The notes under the pieces were generated by a model, which was not told where the DNA came from, did not search any database, and was given only the letters and a program-made list of their open reading frames with translations. A stretch of 64,000 bases of DNA from Raillietiella orientalis (taxonomy: Eukaryota), in contig JAYWIR010000031.1 in the NCBI GenBank assembly GCA_036172245.1, positions 744,001 through 808,000 on the forward strand. The letters run 5' to 3'. Position numbers and translations under genes: made by a program. Shown in pieces: positions 25,259 to 36,959 of this stretch (position 1 is its first letter; each line of letters starts with the position of its first letter).

Positions 25259-25980
25259 CGTCGGAGGCCACGTGGTGGCGGTGCCCACGCGTGGCACCAC
25301 CAAGCGTCGCGGGTTCGAATCCTCGGAAGCAATCGATGCCGAGAAATGGGGATGAGCCATGGGCTCGAGTTCCTCCTGCAAGATGACGCTGGTTGGCCTC
25401 TATTCGGGTGAGGAGCCGGTAGCGGTTCAAACCGGATGCCCCCGATGAGTGGTCGGGATTGAGAATCGACCCTCCGGGGTCCTTCCAGGAGAATGAATCA
25501 AGGAGTGGGGGGGGTCCCTCAGGTTGTGCAAAGGAGCCGTCCCTCCTCATTCGTAACGATGGACCCTCCGTCTCGTACCACGGAGTTGGTGGATTGATGA
25601 TGCTTCTCCAGAGTGCAGGGAAGCGTGCCGCTCCCTTCGGGGAGCGCCCTTCTGAGAAAAATCCGGAAGCGTCCCTTCGGGGTTGTCTTCAGAGGAGGAA
25701 GAAGCAGGGAGCAGTTCCCTTGCGGGTTCCCTCCGGAGAAGAAATCCCTAATAGAGCATCCCTTCCAGTTTCCCTTCGGAGAAGAAAAAAATGGAGCGGA
25801 CCCCTTCGGGGGTCTCCCCGGAAAGAATAAGGAAGTAGATTCCCTTCGGAGACATCCAGGTGATCTTCATTTCGTAGATATCTCTCCAGGCGTGAGAGGA
25901 ACGGAATCCCTTCTCCGGAGTCCTTCCTGGATTCATGGGGTGGTCCCCTCCCGGGTTATCCCCCCATCTTGAAGACATGA
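25259..25980 (+). mobile_element. tRNA-headed SINE, copy C (tail region absent)
   Basis: B-box gggttcgaatcc at ~25311-25322, a second B-box-like gggctcgagttcc, the family core, about six internal tandem hairpin units, and ttcctggattcatggggtgg..cttgaaga. Confidence 0.85.
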
Positions 25981-26689
25981 TTACAACAACGAAAACACAT
26001 CTGTGCGTGTAATTATTACAACACTGCATTAACTGATGTCGTCATTACTCTTTCGAAACACAGCTGCGATTGCATTCAGTACTACTCAAAGCAGAAGAGT
26101 AGTTTTTCTGTACAGAAAGGCAGGTTAGTAGGTGAAAAGATCGTTTCCATAGTGCAGTGGAACCCAGATCCAGCGTGTCATAGGTCAGAACATCGATGCA
26201 CACCGATTTCTGATATCGTCACTTAAATGCCAAGTTCCTTTCTTATCAATGGAGCACAAGATTTTTTTTTTTTTTTTCCCCGTGAACTCTTCGAATTTGC
26301 TACGCACTATAAGCCCCTTGGCAGTCTTTTTTTTTTTTTTTACCTCACATTCTCCCTGAGCGTGCCATTCTATTGCATCCGGCGTTGCTTAGAAAAGGAG
26401 GCAGCCGAGTGCCTTCTTTCCCGGCGTGGCTCATTCTCCCTTACCTTTGTTTGTTTTGTTGAAACACTTTTTTGCGACGGCACGACTGAGAAGCGTCCGT
26501 GGTTGTTGCTCCTGGGATTATTGATGGAAACCTGCAGAAGAGAGGACACTCGGATTGGCCGGAAATTTCTGGCTGTCTGATAAAGCCTAAAAACGTATCT
26601 CGAAATCTGTTTGAGTTTTCAGATCAGGAAAAAGCCCAATCCGCGAAGGGAAGGCCTCGTCTGAAGCCACAGATATACAGGAACGGCGA

Positions 26690-27750
26690 GGGCTTCTTTT
26701 GCACCGCATGCTTCACAGTTTTGCCACTCTCCGTGATGCTGATAGATCAAACCGTCTGCAAACGGTGCTTTCATCGACAAGTTCCATCGTTCAGTCACTT
26801 CCCCATTGCTTACAGAAATCCTCGAAGTTTAAATGTGCAAGATACCTCGGAAAAATTTCCTTTTTAAGTGCCAAACTTGAAAAGTTGCTTAATGGATACT
26901 TTGGATGGATCTATCATTCCGCAAGCATCTCTCATCAGTTCATCTCTCCCTCGTTTCTTGAGATGCTTGTGCTTGTCCCGCTGCGAATCTTCGAAAGTTC
27001 TAGAACTCCACTTGTACGTCTGCTCCAGTTCCTTTCTAGCTTATTTCTTGGTCCCCTGATGAAGATGCACCTTCATGGAGAGATCATCTTTAAGCATCAT
27101 TACCATTTTTTAAAAAGCTTCACCATTTTGAAAACTCTGCATGTTTGAGGCCTGTGGATGTATGCGAAGAAATTCTTCCAGTGGCACAAGAGCGTGAGCG
27201 CGAAATCCATGAGATGCTCGTCTGGAGTTGAGGAATTCGGAGGAGAAAGCAACCGAAGGTTCCACGAAGCACACGAGAGTGACACGTCTCCCTTTGCGTG
27301 TGCCCTTGAAGTGCCATGAAATTCATTTCCAGGCTGCAAGAGGATGAAATTCCTTTGTTTTCCAACACTTCGATCGAGTTACTCCTGCGCCTTCGTGCTT
27401 GAATTCAAAAAGAATGAAGGAAAGCACTTGGAATGTCGGCACTCCAGACTCTCCTTCTTCAAGGTGACCGTAATGTTCCTGAAAACGATGGGAAGAAAGG
27501 AGTTTTCCCCCATGCCTTCCAAGATCCGGCTGGCTTCCCTTTGAAAAGTTTCGACTGGAAACGCTTAAAATTCAGGCAACACCTGGAGGTGCTGTCAAAT
27601 AAGTTTCAAAGGTTTCCTACCCCTCACAGGTCCAGCAACCAGCAGAATTCGTCCGCGTTCTCAGCATCATCACCATGGAACTTCCTTCATTGCATGCGGC
27701 AATAGAACACGTCTAAACACGAGCAGCCTTCTCAAACATGTTCTGTCTCA
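26690..27750 (+). pseudogene. Decayed C2H2 zinc-finger array
   Basis: Finger-like remnants across frames: FFCTACF, VCKRCF, EKFPFKCQT*KVA*..SFRKHLSSVH (needs a 1-nt shift; TGA at the second Cys), RCSSGVEEFGGESNRRFHEAH..PFAC, CCQISF, SSLLKHV. Confidence 0.55.
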
Positions 27751-28813
27751 GTGGCTTCCGTTGACCCGTGTACGCAAGGGAGCTTGACCACCAAAACACC
27801 TCTGCACCCTTCTGCTTAGACTTGTTCTAAACTCCTCGTCTTGCAGCTTCTCAGTTGCTACGAAACGCGACTCCTGCTCATAGTCCCCTGCTCGAGTGCG
27901 CCCGTCCAGACGGCAGAGGATCGCCCATCTTGAGCGACACGATCAGACAGAAGCAACAGACCCGGTCGTTCGCCAACGGGACGGGAAATATGGGAGACAG
28001 GATGGCGGGCAGACGGGACGAATCCTTCCGAGGGCGGCGGGAAGAGGTGGGCGAACGCGCGAAGTTCCAGTAGACGCTCCAGCCAACGCTCCAGCCTTGC
28101 CGGAGGAGTTTGCACAGTCCTTCTTGAAGAGCTGCTCCTTGGAGTCGGAAACGGGCGGTGGACTTCAGAGGAAGGAGGCACGGGATCCCTCGCGAAGCTG
28201 GCGGTCCATTCGCGATCTGTCTGGGAGCAAGCTCCAGGATATCGTCCGATTCATCAAGGGGGCACCCCCCGCCTTTCCAAGCAATTTGTTTTCTAGGCAA
28301 GGTTTTCAGATGTTTGAAGTAAAGGTAAAAACACCATCAGTCATGGCTTCCTGTGCGTCTTGAGGATGCGTCTTCTCTGTTGTCGTCTTGAGGATTTCGG
28401 TGGCAGTTGGGAATGCTCTCTCACAACCTTGCTGCCCAGAGCAACAGTCCTTCGTGCATTGCAAGCGCTGAACCTCAGGAGATGCCATTTTTATCGGAAT
28501 CTGCAGTAGTGCAGCAGAACATCCATTGGTTCTGAGCGGCGTCGCGCGGGCGGCCGCTCCCGCTAAAGCACGGACCATTGCAGGAGGATGGCTTCCCGTG
28601 CGCTCTCCCCATTGCAAACAGACGGAAGGAATGGAACGTCCAAACATTGCCCCGGACAAAAGGGGGAGCTGGAAGAGTGGAATGAGGAAACATACAGTCC
28701 ATGAGTCGAGAGCGTTCCTCGGTTTCCCCGGAACTGGAAGGTCCATATCACTCGAGTCCACTCTGGTCCGGCGCGGAAGGTGACCGAGGAAAGGCATCCT
28801 GAGGTGACGGCGG

Positions 28814-29267
28814 CGATTCGGCACGTGACCTGCTCCCGGAAAGGCCGTCTCCGAAAACACTTCGCTATACGCACGCGCTCCGGAGCGCAGCCGCGCCTTT
28901 CAGGGAGGGATGGTGGCGGATGCAGCTCTCGCAGGTTGCGCTACCAGCGGGGAGCATGAGATCACGGAAGCTCTGGAGAAGCCATCTGCCTCTGAGGGAG
29001 ATCCTGTTTGACGCAGTCGGGATCAAAGGGGAGATGAGATGGATGACGGATTCACCCTATCGGAATGTTCTGGATCCTCTTGGGGACAAAGAGACCCAAT
29101 TTATGCGCCACGTGTTGGTCCTGGAGAAAGGAGCAGAGCGGAAGAGAAAATACAGGCGATGCCGGGTAGATTTTCCAGGGACCAAGGTACGAATTGGACT
29201 CTTGCGTGCGCGAACTTGCGCCTACCGCGCGACCTTTAGCAACCGCGAGAGGTCTACTTGAGGTCTC
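28814..29267 (-). repeat. Left arm of a 454-bp inverted repeat
   Basis: Reverse complement of 29940-30393 with about nine substitutions counted by eye and no indel seen. Mirrored ORFs 28920..29261(+) and 29946..30287(-). Confidence 0.97.
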
Positions 29268-29269
29268 CA

Positions 29270-29595
29270 TTCGATTCCCTCTTTCCTCTCCGTTGCCTAT
29301 GAATCAAAATTAGGTCCTGCATCTTCCCCTGTTTTTATCACTTTCACGCCTTTCTTCACTTCTCTCTCGATAACCAGTTGCTAAGCAACCCTTTGGAGGC
29401 TCCCCGGAAATCCAAGAGTGTCTACTGAAAGCATCGCCATCCAATCTTCTTCTCAAGCCTAGCTCGTGAGGTTCTGACCTTTACTTTTCGGGAGTCTGGA
29501 ATCGAAGTGCCTCCTACCTTTAAATTCCTGCCGAGCAACGCGTGAGGGCACTCGCGCCGAAGCTGCTGATCTCTTTACGAACCGCGAGCTGAAGG
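29270..29595 (-). repeat. ~325-bp module, inverted copy of 31112-31440
   Basis: For example cagttgctaagcaaccctttggaggctccccggaaatccaagagtgtctactgaaag matches the reverse complement of 31276-31334. Colinear over the whole length, roughly 80-85% identical by eye. Confidence 0.92.
29377..29389. promoter_or_regulatory. RFX X-box-like palindrome GTTGCTAAGCAAC
   Basis: Fits GTNRCY-N-RGYAAC and is perfectly conserved in the paralogous module at 31319-31331. Confidence 0.45.
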
Positions 29596-29939
29596 AGCTC
29601 GGTGCGTCGGGTAATCCCGACGCGCCCAGCAGTGCCCTGGGCTACAAGAGGCTGACGGGTCTCCGGACCTCCCGGAGAGAAAGGCATTGGATTTACTTAG
29701 AGAGCTCGAGAGAGGGTGATGCGCTGCCACCGAAAGCGGTGGGGAAACCGAGCAGCTGTCGGACCAATCCGAAGCGCACATCCGTCGCACCGAAATTGCC
29801 GTTGCTAGTGCTTCTTCCAGGCCTCCCGCAGCTTCAGGTCCACAGAATACGAAGGGCCTCCGTAAAGGCGTTTCTGAAGTCTTTGACAAAGATGTTCCTT
29901 TGTCTCACCCCTGAGGTACTCCTTGAGGCCTTTGGTCAT

Positions 29940-30393
29940 GAGACCTCAAGTAGACGTCTCGCGGTTGCTAAAGGTCGCGCGGTAGGGGCAAGTTCGCGCA
30001 CGCAAGCGTCCACTTCGTACCTTGGTCCCTGGAAAATCTACCCGGTATCGCCTGTATTTTCTCTTCCGCTCTGCTCCTTTCTCCAGGACCAACACGTGGC
30101 GCATAAATTGGGTCTCTTTGTCCCCAAGAGGATCCAGAACATTCCGATAGGGTGAATCCGTCATCCATCCCATCTCCCCTTTGATCCCGACTGCGTCAAA
30201 CAGGATCTCCCTCAGAGGCAGATGGCTTCTCCAGAGCTGCCGTGATCTCATGCTCCCCGCTGGTAGCGCAACCTGCGAGAGCTGCATCCGCCACCATCCC
30301 TTCCTGAAAGGCGCGGCTGCGCTCCGGAGCGCGTGCGTATAGCGAAGTGTTTTCGGAGACGGCCTTTCCGGGAGCAGGTCAAGTGCCGAATCG
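29940..30393 (+). repeat. Right arm of the 454-bp inverted repeat
   Basis: Reverse complement of 28814-29267. Confidence 0.97.
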
Positions 30394-31111
30394 ACACCGG
30401 AATTTCAGGACACCACTGCGGCGCGGTTCGCCTGTGGGCGAGAGCGTCCACTCGTCCCAGCGTCCACTCGCCCCAGCCATCTCGCCCCATCTCATCCCTC
30501 TGCCCCCAGGAAAACTTGGATACTTCCTCAAGACTCTTCCCTACCTATTCCTGGAAAGCGCTCCCGAGCAAGGGCTGCTCTGCATCCCCGCCGCCTGGAC
30601 TCAGATCGCTCAGGAAGCTTCGTTTTCGAGGCGGATCTTTGTGCATAGGTGCTGCTGGATCTTCTCCAACTTCTCCCCCCATTTCCCGCTTATCGTGGAA
30701 CGGGAGGCGGCTGGGGGTGCTGCGTGGAATGGAGAAAGGAAGAGCAGGGAAGAGTTATCGGAAAATTGCCATCTCCTAGGATCGTAGCGGGCCAGGGGGC
30801 CAGCGGGACGGGTGAACTTAGGCGGCCGAGAGAGGTCAGCAAGGCAGTGTGTGCGCGCGAAATGTTGGCTGGCCCTCGCGCACTCGGACGGCAGGTCCTC
30901 GGTGAGCGCACGTGCGCCAGTGGCGATTCCTAGAGCCGATCGAGGCTCCCAAAGCGCATCGCCTGGATGCATCTACCCCCCGATACACCCTTATAGGTGG
31001 ACACGCGCTTGCGTATGCTCCTGCCTCGCCTGGGAAGAGCCACTCCAGTGACGTCACGAAGCTTGTCAAAGGGTGTGGTGGAGGAGGAGAAGGTCGTTTC
31101 CCCATCCCTCG

Positions 31112-31440
31112 CCTTCAGCTCGCGAATCAGAAAGAGATGACAGCTTTGGGACGAGTGCCCTCAGAAGGTTGCTTGGCAGGAATTTAAAGGCGGGAGGCAC
31201 TTCGATTCCAGACGGTCCCGAAAAGTGGAGGTCAGGCTCTCACGAGCCAGGCTTGATAGTGGATTGGATAGCAGAACTTTCAGTAGACACTCTTGGATAT
31301 TCGGGGATCCTCAAAAGCGTTGCTTAGCAACTGGTGATCGAGAGAGAAGTGAAGAAAAGCGTGGCATTGATAAAAACAGAGGAAGATACAGGACCTTATT
31401 TTGATTCAGAAGTGACGAAAGGAAAAGAAGGAAGCGGATC
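31112..31440 (+). repeat. ~325-bp module, inverted copy of 29270-29595
   Basis: Direct alignment with 29270-29595. Contains GTTGCTTAGCAAC at 31319-31331, and a CRE palindrome tgacgtca lies just upstream at ~31049. Confidence 0.92.
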
Positions 31441-31477
31441 TTTCGGGAAGGCAGATCTTACGTTTTCCTTGATACGA

Positions 31478-31590
31478 GGAAGAGGAGAATCTTTGCCGTG
31501 TCTGCGGAGCTGCTTACGACGGGAAGACCCACTCTCTCTCCCGCCCTACCACTCTCTTAAAGATCTCATCAAGAGTATAAAGCTTCTCTC
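31478..31590 (+). repeat. Diverged direct repeat, partner at 32343-32430
   Basis: gagaatctttgccgtgtctgcggagctgc..ctctcccgccctaccactctcttaaagatctcatc aligns with gagaatcctcgccgtgtctgaggagctgctctctcccgccctaccatcctctcgaagatctcatc (one ~21-nt gap). Confidence 0.85.
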
Positions 31591-34500
31591 TGCAACTCGA
31601 CTTAGGCGCTCTGCGCCGTGTATTCGGCAGTGTTTCCCACCCATCTCGCGCCCGAAGTTGGGTCTCAGATGTGGCTGCGCGCCAAGGTCGCGCGCGACGC
31701 ATCCGAGATTTCTTCCCGATGCGCGGTGTCTGCTCGGTGAGTCGGAATTGGCACTGAGCCCCGGTGGAGGCGCTCACTTCCAGGCAAGCCAACCCCTGAG
31801 TGGCTCGAGAAAGAAGGCTGATCGGCAGGCGGCATTCGAGGGGACTGCCTGAGAGTTCCACCAGCCAGCTTGCTGGAGGGCTTGTGAGTGGCTGGAAGTT
31901 ACGTGGGGTGCCAGGGGACTCAAGGGGTCCCAGATCGGGGATTCTCTACCCTAGAAGAGGATCGAGAATGCATTAGCTCCCCTAAGATCAAACAAGGTTG
32001 AAGATAAATCTGATCTCGTGGCGATTGCAAGCCCTGGTGCTTCCGCGTCAGTGCCCGACATATGATGTTTCCTAGCTGCTTTCGGGATATCTCGGTCACC
32101 ACGGACAACGACAGAGCGCAACGAAAGGAGAATTCCCTGGAAGGAGGAACAAAAACGCTTCTGGCAATCCCACATTTCCGCTTTTTCCTGCCCGTGCCCT
32201 CCGCATCTGGCTTGAGAGATTGAACTGCAGCGGGCAACCATGGGAGGGTGCAGAGGTGAGAGGAGCCATGAATCCTGTGGGCTTGCCTTACCGGCCGGCT
32301 GGCTGCGCTCTGCCCTGTGCAGTTCGGTTTCCTCGACTATGGGGAGGAAGAGAATCCTCGCCGTGTCTGAGGAGCTGCTCTCTCCCGCCCTACCATCCTC
32401 TCGAAGATCTCATCGGAGGATGAAGCTTTTCGGAACGCAATCTCGTTTCCGTGGAGGTACTTCCCGGCAGCATCTGGCGGACTTCTGAGTGACACTCGAA
32501 GCTTCGGGTAGGCGCCTGGTACTCAATAATGCAAGAGCAAAGTGATTTAAAGCAGGTGGATAAAGGCAGCTGTGGATGCAGATAAAGCAGCTTGATCCCT
32601 GCTCCTTCTCCTGCTTAATCTAGACCGAGATAAGAGCGGAGAGGAAAGGGGGAGGAGAAGAGGGCGAGGAAAACCTTCTCGAATCTGTTGGGGCAAGGGG
32701 AGGACGGAAGAAGCTTTGTTCCACCTGTCGCCGCAGTATCTTTTTATCTCCCGCCTAACGATCGACGAGATCCTAAAAGATCGGTTCAGATTCAGCTTCT
32801 TTTGCACGAAAATTAGGAGGAGGGACACTTCATGAGGATACGGTGGTCTCGAAGCTTCCAGAAGTAAAAGAGAGCATCTCCAGAGAGACTCCTGAGACGA
32901 ACGAGGTCAGGGAAGAGAAAAGCCAGGCCCCGGGCACACGTCGTCCCACGAACTTCGTCCGAGGAGACAGCGAAAGGGAGACCGCAATCGCGACCGGAAG
33001 AACGGTCCGAGGAAAAACAGGCGGGTACCTCCGGCGAAAGAGTGCAGCGGCGGGCGGTGGAGGGTCAGGACAGGCAGGCGGCGGCACCGAGGTACGAAGA
33101 CCGTCCCACGGATGACTCCAGAAGGAGTCCTCCGTGGATCTTCGAGTAGACGGCACCCGACCGGAGCATTTTACACCTTGCGAGCACACGAAGAGGAGCG
33201 AGCTTCTCGGGCTTGAGAGCGACCCGATCCCAAGACAGCGCGGACCTCTCTCTGCTGCAGGACACCTGGAAGACCATGTCGTGCGTAAGGCAGCATTGGC
33301 TTTCGGAGTACTTTCCAGCCATAGCCAAGCATTCTAAGGATGACAGATTTACTCGTGCGGCTCGGCCTCCTGCCCGTGCGGGCACCGTCCACGAAAGAGA
33401 ATAGATAAAGATCGTCCTTGATGAAGAAGTGGGGGATGGAACGAGTCGAGTCCCCAGTCAAGATCGCTTGGAAGGACGCAGTGGACCCGCAACGTCGCGA
33501 AAAACGCATGGTGATTTTTCTTTTCCCTTTGTGTCAAGCAGATGGACGGACATCCTTCGACTGAACAGAGCTCATCCCGCTGGAGAGGACAGTCCCCTCA
33601 CTCTTGAGTGCGCGTCCACTCGTCGTCCAGTCTGCAAGGTCAGGCGACTCCTTCCCTTTCGAGAACTCTTCCTTTTGCTGACCCGGAGGCGTCCTCGGTC
33701 TCTTTCCTCTGGTTCCCTTCTTCTGAGAGGTTTCCGTAGGCTCCTCCGAAGGAGGAGGCCGGCCTGTTCTCTCAAGGACCGCGCCAAGGTGCGAAGAGAG
33801 GCATTCACGTGTCGGGGCACGACCCGGGGTCCAGGAGCTCTTCGGCGCGGACATTCGTGGACCCGCCTTGGAATCGCCTCACCCGTGAGGAAAAGAGAAC
33901 TTTTGGCGTGCTGCTCTCGAGTCAGTCCCCACAGGGCCTCGCCGGGTCTCGCCGCCTTGAGAGGTTGCCGGAGCTTCCGAGCTCACGGACAAGGGCAAGA
34001 AGACCAGCAGCCTCTGCGGACAACAGCGAAAAAATCACCGGATGACTAGAGTGACTTCGGGTGCGCAGCTGCTGGTGATGAATCGGAGCAGATTCCTGGC
34101 ACGCCTTTCTTCTTATTCCCTTCCATTCCTTTCTTGAGGCCGAAGAACGAACCCATCCGGAAGAACGGACAACGGGACGGGACCAGACGTGCGGAGCGCG
34201 CGCTGTGGAGAAAAGGAACGGTGGGAGAGGCCAAGAACGTCCTGACGGGCGTTGCCAAACGCAGCCCACGAACTCGTGACATCCCCTCGAGCTGTGAGGA
34301 CGCGTCAGAAGGGTGCCATCGATGGAGTAGGGACAGGAGACGATCCGACGACCATACCGACCCATGCAACGCCACACGTCGGTAGGTGCATCCGTGGATG
34401 GACAGACATGGGGAGCTGGCGACGCAGAGCAAGAAGCCTGCATCGAGAAACCCCAGGAGTTGGCAGCTGCCAGCAGGACCATTCGGAGAAGAAACTCGTA

Positions 34501-36959
34501 AGCCGGATTGATCGCTCCGCGGTGAAGGGAGAAGTCTCTCCTCCCACGAGCACTCAGCACAAGGAAGGAAAAAAGGAAGAAAGCCAGTACTGAAGACGGG
34601 CTCTTCGTTTCGCCTTCGATGGAGAGGCTTGCTGTTGCGAGGCAACTGTTGCGTGGGATCTACTGGACCCGGGAAATGATAGAATGTTGAGGGAACAAGA
34701 AATTCTCGAGAAACAGATAAGGCAGAAGATCATCGGATCGAGTAGATGGTGCTCTCGAACATACGGCATTCCTGTAAGCATCCTTTTGTACCATACGTGA
34801 TGGAGGAACCTCCAGGAACCAGAGGAAGGGAGAAGAGAACGGGCAGGCCGAGAGGATGGTGACGGAAGGCTTCCATCTCCTCGTTTCCTTGTGCCCTTCA
34901 TTAACACGTGCGACTCTGCCACTACTGGAAGACATCCATGTCTTGCGTGTGCACATCAGAGTGCAACGCGAAGGAATGTCACGTGCCGCTCACATCCCCG
35001 ACCTCCAGAATGCCATGATGAAGACCAGGAAGCTTTCGACGTGTTAGTGGGGTGCAGCTGGCTTCAAGGTGGCTCCAAGGCGGCATTTTCGCTACGCGTC
35101 CAACGTGTGAAAGGGAAGAAATGGATGAAATTGCCGTTCGGGAATTGAGGATCATGCATTTTTTTTTCCCGCTGCAGGTTTCCAGAGGGACAGTGGCCAA
35201 GCTGGGAAGCAAGCAAGTGCTTTTTCAAACATCATCTCCAAGACACTTCGGGAAGGATTTGTCTGCAAGAATGCAAGCGGAATGGCATGCAACAGAGACC
35301 ACTTTGAAAGGAGAGTTCCCGACGCTACAAAACATTCAGCAAGTTTTCTATTTCCCTCTACTTCGACGGGAATTCCACTGTCTTCCCAGAATCTCCCTTC
35401 CTTCGAAACTTCAAAGCATCGAAAGGTAGACTCTTTTAGAAAAGGAGCATAGATCTTCCTTTCAGGTTTGGAGCACGGCGAAATCATCTGGGGACCTGCA
35501 CTCGTGGTGAACAAGTCTCCACTCTCCCTGCGTGAAAACTCTGAACTGCATGGCCCACGTTTCTCTCGTGCTCTGGAACAGATGCTTCTTAGGCAGGAAA
35601 GTCTGCCTGCTCATCGCAGTAAAAGTTGCTCGCTCGAGATGCTCCTTTGTCTCAAAGAGTAGGAACGGAGGGACAAGCTCGAAAGAGTACTCCCGTACTT
35701 CAAGCGACTCCAGAGCGAGCCATAAGAGACAAGAAAGTTCCGGCAGGATTTGTTTCTCGAGGATTTGCTTGGTACCGAGAAGGCTTGGGCTCTGGATGGC
35801 CGTTGATGAAGTCTTCGAATTGCCGATAACAATCTAAAGGAGATTCAAGCCTTCTAAAGAAGAAAATAGGACCAGACGGAAGTGCAAGTTGCGCATGGTA
35901 CTCGTGGTACCACAAGCTCCCCCTCCTTCCCAATAAGGCAATCACAAGAGGGACGGCTCCTGGACGATTGCAAGTGGTCCCACTTGTAGTCGTCCAATCA
36001 TCTCCTTGCCCAGTAGCCTCCTGCCTTCCTCTCTTCCCTTCTCCTTGAATTGCAAAGGCCTGTACTTTGTCTTCTGTTCCCTTTTCCTGCCTTCAAATGT
36101 ACTCTTCCGGACACGTTGATGGCCGAAGAGGCAGCAGTTCTTTTGGAGGAGAAGGAAAGCAGCTCAAATGAGCCCGCTCACCCCCTTCCTCCCCCCAAAG
36201 AAAAGCGAGGGACATCACGGGAAATGCTTCGAAGCGCCTTCCCTACACTGGGGCTTGCAGTAGCATGGCAACACTTCGTGTGTTCCCTTCTTAATGCCAG
36301 TAGGGGGTAGAGGGGGCTAAGCGATTATCGATTTAAGGCACATCAACAGCGGGTCGCTGCGTTCCCGGAGATGTCCCTTAGGGAAATGTATTATATCCCA
36401 AAGTACATAATCAGCAGCATCTTCCCTAGAATGGATTCTAGGAAGAAGGGACTCGCTCACGGAAAGGATCCAAGCAAAGATGTTCCCTCATTTATCGAAG
36501 GTGAGTGATCACTGCGGTCTCGGCTTCAGACTAGCAGAGAAAACGCCGGCATGATGTAACCAGAGTGTCCTGGTGTCCCACTCGTAATGAGAAAACGGTA
36601 GCATCTCCCGTGCCGTCTCTCGTAAAAACTTTGGAACTCCCACTAGCGGTTCAAAGCAGCTCCCGATATTCATTGCACAGTTGACTTCGTTGCCGTCGGA
36701 TGGCAGTATGGTTCCATTCACTCACTGAAGGACACCTTTCGTGCCTCCCATAACAAGAACCAGCGTTACTCACCCACTGAAGGAAAGATTCTTTAGCAAA
36801 CTATTGTTTTTGCAGACTTCTAATTCATCTTTCAGGTTAACTCTCATCTGACTCACCACGAGCACGTCCCAACAGGTCTCCACGCTCGGAACGCGGAAAA
36901 CTACAACCATTTGGCCAGTTTCCGAATATATGGAGAATTCGCATTCTTTCCGGGTGCTC

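Noticed and set aside
25259..25330. tRNA gene (also the heads at ~1500, ~9720 and ~56880)
   Set aside because: A/B-box-like motifs are present but no convincing cloverleaf, and each continues into the same long repeat body.
25435..25480. Hammerhead ribozyme/retrozyme in the repeat (ccgatgag)
   Set aside because: No CUGAUGA..GAAA core with compatible stems, and the motif is not conserved among copies. Other ctgatga sites checked also lacked the stems.
25615..25860. Hairpin repeats with linkers resembling a CRISPR array
   Set aside because: Units are degenerate, linkers are similar purine runs rather than unique spacers, there are no cas genes, and the array lies inside a dispersed eukaryotic SINE.
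28814..30393. MULE/Foldback element with long TIRs
   Set aside because: No TSD was found, similarity fades gradually outward instead of ending sharply, and the arms have further diverged paralogues nearby.
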